DNA of 64,000 nt, from positions 14,074,001 through 14,138,000 of the forward strand of contig OZ176053.1 of the NCBI GenBank assembly GCA_964247055.1. Direction: 5' to 3'. The notes under the pieces are model-generated. The model was given only the letters and a program-made list of their open reading frames with translations, ran no database searches and was not told the origin of the DNA. The first letter of the stretch is position 1. Each line of letters begins with the position of its first letter. The stretch is from Paragordius varius. Its lineage: Eukaryota > Animalia > Nematomorpha. Of this stretch, positions 55,801 to 64,000 are shown one piece after another. The position numbers were made by a program, and so were the translations under genes.

Positions 55801-57532
55801 TACATTTATACTCCGATCTCGAAAATATTTGGGGTGATGATGGAACTACCATAGGGCTACCCAAAAAAAATTATGGTGACATCACCTGATCAAATTTGGA
55901 TTTTAGGTAGCCATTTTTATTTTTAAAATCGTATAAAATAAATTTTTTAAATATTTAAAAAATTCATAAAAATTATATTTATACTCCGATCTCGAAAATA
56001 TTTGGGGTGATGATGGAACTACCATAGGGCTACCCAAAAAAAATTATGGCGACATCACCTGATCAAATTTGGATTTTAGTTAGCCATTTTTATTTTTAAA
56101 ATCGTATAAAATAAATTTTTTAAATATTTAAAAAATTCAAAAAATTACATTTATACTCCGATCTCGACAATATTTGGGGTGATGATGGAATTACCATAGG
56201 GCTACCCAAAAAAAATTATGGTGACATCACCTGATCAAATTTGGATTTTAGGTAGCCATTTTTATTTTTAAAATCGTATAAAATAAATTTTTTAAATATT
56301 TAAAAAATTCAAAAAAATTACATTTATACTCCGATCTCGACAATATTTGGGGTGGTGATGGAATTACCATAGGGCTACCCAAAAAAAATTATGGTGACAT
56401 CACCTGATCAAATCTGGATTTTAGGTAGCCATTTCTATTTTTAAAATCGTATAAAATAAATTTTTTAAATATTTAAAAAATTCAAAAAATTACATTTATA
56501 CTCCGATCTCGAAATTATTTGGGGTGATGATGGAATTACCATAGGGCTACCCAAAAAAAATTATGGCGACATCACCTGATCAAATCTGGATTTTAGGTAG
56601 CCATTTTTATTTTTAAAATCGTATAAAATAAATTTTTTAAATATTTAAAAAATTCATAAAAATTACATTTATACTCCGATCTCGAAAATATTTGGGGTGA
56701 TGATGGAACTACCATAGGCTAACCAAAAAAATTATGGTGACATCACCTGATCAAATTTGGATTTTAGGTAGCCATTTTTATTTTTAAAATCGTATAAAAT
56801 AAACTTTTTAAATATTTAAAAAATTCATAAAAATTATATTTATACTCCGATCTCGAAAATATTTGGGGTGATGATGGAACTACCATAGAGCTACCCAAAA
56901 AAAATTATGGTGACATAACCTGATCAAATTTGGATTTTAGGTAGCCATTTTTATTTTTAAAATCGTATAAAATAAATTTTTTAAATATTTAAAAACTTCA
57001 TAAAAATTACATTTATACTCCGATCTCGAAAATATTTGGGGTGATGATGGAACTACCATAGGGCTACCCAAAAAAAATTATGGCGACATCACCTGATCAA
57101 ATCTGGATTTTAGGTAGCCATTTTTATTTTTAAAATCGTATAAAATAAATTTTTTAAATATTTAAAAAATTCATAAATATTACATTTATAGTCCGATCCC
57201 AAAGTATTTGGGGTGAAGATGGAACTACCATAGGGCTACCCAAAAAAAATTATGGCGACATCACCTGATCAAATCTGGATTTTAGGTAGCCATTTATATT
57301 TTTAAAATCGTATAAAATAAATTTATTAAATATTTAAAAAATTCAAAAAAATTACATTTATACTCCGATCTCGACAATATTTGGGGTGATGATGGAATTA
57401 CCATAGTGCTACCCAAAAAAAATTATGGTGACATCACCTGATCAAATTTGGATTTTAGGTAGCCATTTTTATTTTTAATATCGTATAAAATAAATTTTTT
57501 AAATATTTAAAAAATTCATAAAAATTACATTT

Positions 57533-60500
57533 ATACTCCGATCTCGACAATATTTGGGGTGATGATGGAATTACCATAGGGCTACCCAAAAAAAATTATG
57601 GTGACATCACCTGATCAAATTTGGATTTTAGGTAGCCATTTTTATTTTTAAAATCGTATAAAATAAATTTTTTAAATATTTAAAAAATTCAAAAAAATTA
57701 CATTTATACTCCGATCTCGACAATATTTGGGGTGATGATGGAATTACCTTAGGGCTACCCAAAAAAAATTATGGTGACATCACCTGATCAAATTTGGATT
57801 TTAGGTAGCCATTTTTATTTTTAAAATCGTATAAAATAAATTTTTTAAATATTTAAAAAATTCATAAAAATTATATTTATACTCCGATCTCGAAAATATT
57901 TGGGGTGATAATGGAACTACCATAGGGCTACCCAAAAAAAATTATGGCGACATCACCTGATCAAATCTGGATTTTAGGTAGCCATTTTTATTTTTAAAAT
58001 CGTATAAAATAAATTTTTTAAATATTTAAAAAATTCATAAATATTACATTTATAGTCCGATCCCAAAGTATTTGGGGTGAAGATGGAACTACCATTGGGC
58101 TACGCAAAAAAAATTATGGCGACATCACCTGATCAAATTTGGATTTTAGGTAGCCATTTTTATTTTTCAAATCGTATAAAATAAATTTTTTAAATATTTA
58201 AAAAATTCATAAAAATTACATTTATACTCCGATCTCGAAAATATTTGGGGTGATGATGGAACTACCATAGGGCTACCCAAAAAAAATTATGGTGACATAA
58301 CCTGATCAAATTTGGATTTTAGGTAGCCATTTTTATTTTTAAAATCGTATAAAATAAATTTTTTAAATATTTAAAAACTTCAAAAAAATTACATTTATAC
58401 TCCGATCTCGACACTATTTGGGGTGATGATGGAATTACCTTAGGGCTACCCAAAAAAAATTATGGTGACATCACCTGATCAAATTTGGATTTTAAGTAGC
58501 CATTTTTATTTTTAATATCGTATAAAAAAAATTTTTTAAATATTTAAAAAATTCATAAAAATTACATTTATACTCCGATCTCGACAATATTTGGGGTGAT
58601 GATGGAACTACCATAGGGCTACCCAAAAAAAATTATGGTGACATCACCTGATCAGATTTGGATTTTAGGTAGCCATTTTTATTTTTAATATCGTATAAAA
58701 TAAATTTTTTAAATATTTAAAAAATTCATAAAAATTACATTTATACTCCGATCTCGAAAATATTTGGGGTGATGATGGAACTACCATAGGGCTACCCAAA
58801 AAAAATTATGGTGACATCACCTGATCAAATTTGGATTTTAGGTAGCCATTTTTATTTTTAAAATCGTATAAAATAAATTTTTTAAATATTTAAAAAATTC
58901 ATAAAAATTACATTTATACTCCGATCTCGAAAATATTTGGGGTGATGATGGAACTACCATAGGGCTACCCAAAAAAAATTATGGTGACATCACCTGATCA
59001 AATTTGGATTTTAGGTAGCCATTTTTATTTTTAAAATCGTATAAAATAAATTTTTTAAATATTTAAAAAATTCATAAAAATTACATTTATACTCCGATCT
59101 CGAAAATATTTGGGGTGATGATGGAACTACCATAGGGCTACCCAAAAAAATTATGGTGACATCACCTGATCAAATTTGGATTTTAGGTAGCCATTTTTAT
59201 TTTTAAAATCGTATAAAATAAATTTTTTAAATATTTAAAAAATTCATAAAAATTATATTTATACTCCGATCTCGAAAATATTTGGGGTCATGATGGAACT
59301 ACCATAGGGCTACCCAAAAAAAATTATGGCGACATCACCTGATCAAATTTGGATTTTAGTTAGCCATTTTTATTTTTAAAATCGTATAAAATAAATTTTT
59401 TAAATATTTAAAAAATTCAAAAAATTACATTTATACTCCGATCTCGACAATATTTGGGGTGATGATGGAATTACCATAGGGCTACCCAAAAAAAAATTAT
59501 GGTGACATCACCTGATCAAATTTGGATTTTAGGTAGCCATTTTTATTTTTAAAATCGTATAAAATAAATTTTTTAAATATTTAAAAAATTCAAAAAAATT
59601 ACATTTATACTCCGATCTCGACAATATTTGGGGTGATGATGGAATTACCTTAGGGCTACCTAAAAAAAATTATGGTGACATCACCTGATCAAATTTGGAT
59701 TTTAGGTAGCCATTTTTATTTTTAAAATCGTATAAAATAAATTTTTTAAATATTTAAAAAATTCATAAAAATTATATTTATACTCCGATCTCGAAAATAT
59801 TTGGGGTGATAATGGAACTACCATAGGGCTACCCAAAAAAAATTATGGCGACATCACCTGATCAAATCTGGATTTTAGGTAGCCATTTTTATTTTTCAAA
59901 TCGTATAAAATAAATTTTTTAAATATTTAAAAAATTCATAAAAATTACATTTATACTCCGATCTCGAAAATATTTGGGGTGATGATGGAACTACCATAGG
60001 GTTACCCAAAAAAAATTATGGTGACATAACCTGATCAAATTTGGATTTTAGGTAGCCATTTTTATTTTTAAAATCGTATAAAATAAATTTTTTAAATATT
60101 TAAAAACTTCAAAAAAATTACATTTATACTCCGATCTCGACAATATTTGGGGTGATGATGGAATTACCTTAGGGCTACCCAAAAAAAATTATGGTGACAT
60201 CACCTGATCAAATTTGGATTTTAAGTAGCCATTTTTATTTTTAATATCGTATAAAATAAATTTTTTAAATATTTAAAAAATTCATAAAAATTACATTTAT
60301 ACTCCGATCTCGACAATATTTGGGGTGATGATGGAACTACCATAGGGCTACCCAAAAAAATTATGGTGACATCACCTGATCAGATTTGGATTTTAGGTAG
60401 CCATTTTTATTTTTAATATCGTATAAAATAAATTTTTTAAATATTTAAAAAATTCATAAAAATTACATTTATACTCCGATCTCGAAAATATTTGGGGTGA

Positions 60501-61000
60501 TGATGGAACTACCATAGGGCTACCCAAAAAAAATTATGGTGACATCACCTGATCAAATTTGGATTTTAGGTAGCCATTTTTATTTTTAAAATCGTATAAA
60601 ATAAATTTTTTAAATATTTAAAAAATTCATAAAAATTACATTTATACTCCGATCTCGAAAATATTTGGGGTGATGATGGAACTACCATAGGGCTACCCAA
60701 AAAAAATTATGGTGACATCACCTGATCAAATTTGGATTTTAGGTAGCCATTTTTATTTTTAAAATCGTATAAAATAAATTTTTTAAATATTTAAAAAATT
60801 CATAAAAATTACATTTATACTCCGATCTCGAAAATATTTGGGGTGATGATGGAACTACCATAGGGCTACCCAAAAAAATTATGGTGACATCACCTGATCA
60901 AATTTGGATTTTAGGTAGCCATTTTTATTTTTAAAATCGTATAAAATAAATTTTTTAAATATTTAAAAAATTCATAAAAATTATATTTATACTCCGATCT
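57533..61000 (+). repeat. 10/11-mer duplication
   Basis: GTGATAATGG at 57910/59811 (offset 1901) and TTTTTCAAATCG at 58168/59897 (offset 1729), followed by the same AAAACTTCAAAA, ACCTT/AAG and CAGATT monomers. Confidence 0.7.
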
Positions 61001-63756
61001 CGAAAATATTTGGGGTGATGATGGAACTACCATAGGGCTACCCAAAAAAAATTATGGCGACATCACCTGATCAAATCTGGATTTTAGGTAGCCATTTTTA
61101 TTTTTAAAATCGTATAAAATAAATTTTTTAAATATTTAAAAAATTCAAAAAAATTACATTTATACTCCGATCTCGACAATATTTGGGGTGATGATGGAAT
61201 TACCTTAGGGCTACCCAAAAAAAATTATGGTGACATCACCTGATCAAATTTGGATTTTAAGTAGCCATTTTTATTTTTAATATCGTATAAAATAAATTTT
61301 TTAAATATTTAAAAAATTCATAAAAATTACATTTATACTCCGATCTCGACAATATTTGGGGTGATGATGGAACTACCATAGGGCTACCCAAAAAAAATTA
61401 TGGCGACATCACCTGATCAAATCTGGATTTTAGGTAGCCATTTTTATTTTTAAAATCGTATAAAATAAATTTTTTAAATATTTAAAAAATTCAAAAAATT
61501 ACATTTATACTCCGATCTCGACAATATTTGGGGTGATGATGGAATTACCATAGGGCTACCCAAAAAAAAATTATGGTGACATCACCTGATCAAATTTGGA
61601 TTTTAGGTAGCCATTTTTATTTTTAAAATCGTATAAAATAAATTTTTTAAATATTTAAAAAATTCATAAAAATTATATTTATACTCCGATCTCGAAAATA
61701 TTTGGGGTGATGATGGAACTACCATAGGGCTACCCAAAAAAAATTATGGCGACATCACCTGATCAAATTTGGATTTTAGTTAGCCATTTTTATTTTTAAA
61801 ATCGTATAAAATAAATTTTTTAAATATTTAAAAAATTCAAAAAATTACATTTATACTCCGATCTCGACAATATTTGGGGTGATGATGGAATTACCATAGG
61901 GCTACCCAAAAAAAAATTATGGTGACATCACCTGATCAAATTTGGATTTTAGGTAGCCATTTTTATTTTTAAAATCGTATAAAATAAATTTTTTAAATAT
62001 TTAAAAAATTCAAAAAAATTACATTTATACTCCGATCTCGACAATATTTGGGGTGATGATGGAATTACCATAGGGCTACCCAAAAAAAATTATGGTGACA
62101 TCACCTGATCAAATTTGGATTTTAGGTAGCCATTTTTATTTTTAAAATCGTATAAAATAAATTTTTTAAATATTTAAAAAATTCAAAAAAATTACATTTA
62201 TACTCCGATCTCGACAATATTTGGGGTGATGATGGAATTACCTTAGGGCTACCCAAAAAAAATTATGGTGACATCACCTGATCAAATTTGGATTTTAAGT
62301 AGCCATTTTTATTTTTAATATCGTATAAAATAAATTTTTTAAATATTTAAACAATTCATAAAAATTACATTTATACTCCGATCTCGACAATATTTGGGGT
62401 GATGATGGAATTACCATAGGGCTACCCAAAAAAAATTATGGTGACATCACCTGATCAAATTTGGATTTTAGGTAGCTATTTTTATTTTTAAAATAGTATA
62501 AAATAAATTTTTTAAATATTTAAAAAATTCATAAAAATTACATTTATACTCCGATCTCGAAAATATTTGGGGTGATGATGGAACTACCATAGGGCTACCC
62601 AAAAAAAATTATGGTGACATCACCTGATCAAATTTGGATTTTAGGTAGCCATTTTTATTTTTAAAATCGTATAAAATAAATTTTTTAAATATTTAAAAAA
62701 TTCATAAAAATTACATTTATACTCCGATCTCGAAAATATTTGGGGTGATGATGGAACTACCATAGGGCTACCCAAAAAAAATTATGGTGACATCACCTGA
62801 TCAAATTTGGATTTTAGGTAGCCATTTTTATTTTTAAAATCGTATAAAATAAATTTTTTAAATATTAAAAAAATTCATAAAAATTATATTTATACTCCGA
62901 TCTCGAAAATATTTGGGGTGATGATGGAACTACCATAGGGCTACCCAAAAAAAATTATGGCGACATCACCTGATCAAATCTGGATTTTAGGTAGCCATTT
63001 TTATTTTTAAAATCGTATAAAATAAATTTTTTAAATATTTAAAAAATTCAAAAAAATTACATTTATACTCCGATCTCGACAATATTTGGGGTGATGATGG
63101 AATTACCATAGGGCTACCCAAAAAAAATTATGGTGACATCACCTGATCAAATTTGGATTTTAGGTAGCCATTTTTATTTTTAATATCGTATAAAATAAAT
63201 TTTTTAAATATTTAAAAAATTCATAAAAATTACATTTATACTCCGATCTCGACAATATTTGGGGTGATGATGGAATTACCATAGGGCTACCCAAAAAAAA
63301 TTATGGTGACATCACCTGATCAAATTTGGATTTTAGGTAGCCATTTTTATTTTTAAAATCGTATAAAACAAATTTTTTAAATATTTAAAAAATTCAAAAA
63401 AATTACATTTATACTCCGATCTCGACAATATTTGGGGTGATGATGGAACTACCATAGGGCTACCCAAAAAAAATTATGGCGACATCACCTGACCAAATCT
63501 GGATTTTAAGTAGCCATTTTTATTTTTAATATCGTATAAAATAAATTTTTTAAATATTTAAAAAATTCATAAAAATTACATTTATACTCCGATCTCGAAA
63601 ATATTTGGGGTGATGATGGAACTACCATAGGGCTACCCAAAAAAAATTATGGTGACATAACCTGATCAAATTTGGATTTTAGGTAGCCATTTTTATTTTT
63701 AAAATCGTATAAAATAAACTTTTTAAATATTTAAAAAATTCATAAAAATTACATTT

Positions 63757-63915
63757 ATACTCCGATCTCGAAAATATTTGGGGTGATGATGGAACTACCA
63801 TAGGGCTACAAAAATTATGGCGACATCACCTGATCAAATTTGGATTTTAGGAAGCCATTTTAAAATCGTATAAAATAAATTTTTTAAATTTAAAAAATTC
63901 ATAAAAATTAAATTT
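63757..63915 (+). repeat. Degraded 159-bp monomer with three separate small deletions
   Basis: GGGCTACAAAAATT (-5), GCCATTTTAAAATCG (-7) and TTTTTTAAATTTAAAAAA (-2) relative to consensus. Confidence 0.88.
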
Positions 63916-64000
63916 ATAGTCCGATCCCCAAAATATTTGGGGTGATGATGGAACTACCATAGGGCTACCCAAAATAAATTATGGTGACATCACATTGATC

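Larger units (their letters stand above)
1..64000 (+). repeat. Tandem satellite DNA array, 173-bp AT-rich monomer, ~370 head-to-tail copies
   Basis: The motif ATA(C/G)TCCGATC recurs at 1, 174 and 347 (period 173) and continues to the window end. Monomers differ by a few recurrent substitutions and by A-tract length (171-174 bp). The consensus has 45 G+C in 173 bp. The array runs off both window ends. Confidence 0.99.

Noticed and set aside
1-64000. CRISPR array
   Set aside because: There are no unique spacers. The entire 173 bp is repeated, the unit is far longer than CRISPR repeats, and no cas genes are present.
1-64000. Repetitive protein-coding ORF on either strand
   Set aside because: 173 is not a multiple of 3, and TAA/TAG/TGA and their reverse complements are abundant in each monomer. 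For example, ATGATGGAACTACCATAG ends after five codons.
1-64000. Assignment to a named ~170-bp satellite (alpha satellite, Drosophila 1.688 family, Drosophila virilis 172TR, Meloidogyne ~170-bp families) or a CENP-B box
   Set aside because: I recognise no sequence match to alpha satellite or 1.688 and see no canonical CENP-B box. Similar length alone is insufficient for the others, and a database search is required.
1-64000. Hidden insertion, inversion or transposon fragment within the array
   Set aside because: Reading through, every anomaly resolved to a substituted or deleted monomer in the same orientation. A very short insertion could have been missed by eye.

Overview
The whole 64-kb window is one uninterrupted head-to-tail tandem array (satellite DNA) of a 173-bp monomer, about 370 copies, about 26% GC, all in the same orientation. 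I saw no genes, RNA genes, transposon insertions, inversions or CRISPR spacers. Consensus read by eye: ATACTCCGATCTCGAAAATATTTGGGGTGATGATGGAACTACCATAGGGCTACCCAAAAAAAATTATGGTGACATCACCTGATCAAATTTGGATTTTAGGTAGCCATTTTTATTTTTAAAATCGTATAAAATAAATTTTTTAAATATTTAAAAAATTCATAAAAATTACATTT. The monomer is bipartite: about 105 bp at roughly 39% GC with nested inverted repeats, then about 68 bp at roughly 94% AT containing a perfect 24-bp palindrome. Diagnostic variants divide the array into sub-domains with higher-order repeats (HORs): a 519-bp trimer, 5-, 6/7-, 10/11-mer duplications, and a 3,285-bp 19-mer with a nested 8-mer and a 26-mer tandem duplication. There are also several deleted monomers and a degraded monomer at the right edge. 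Monomer size, AT content, dyad symmetry and HORs suggest a eukaryotic centromeric or pericentromeric satellite, but that is inference. I cannot assign the species or a named satellite family. All variant tracing was manual, so block boundaries are approximate to about one monomer.
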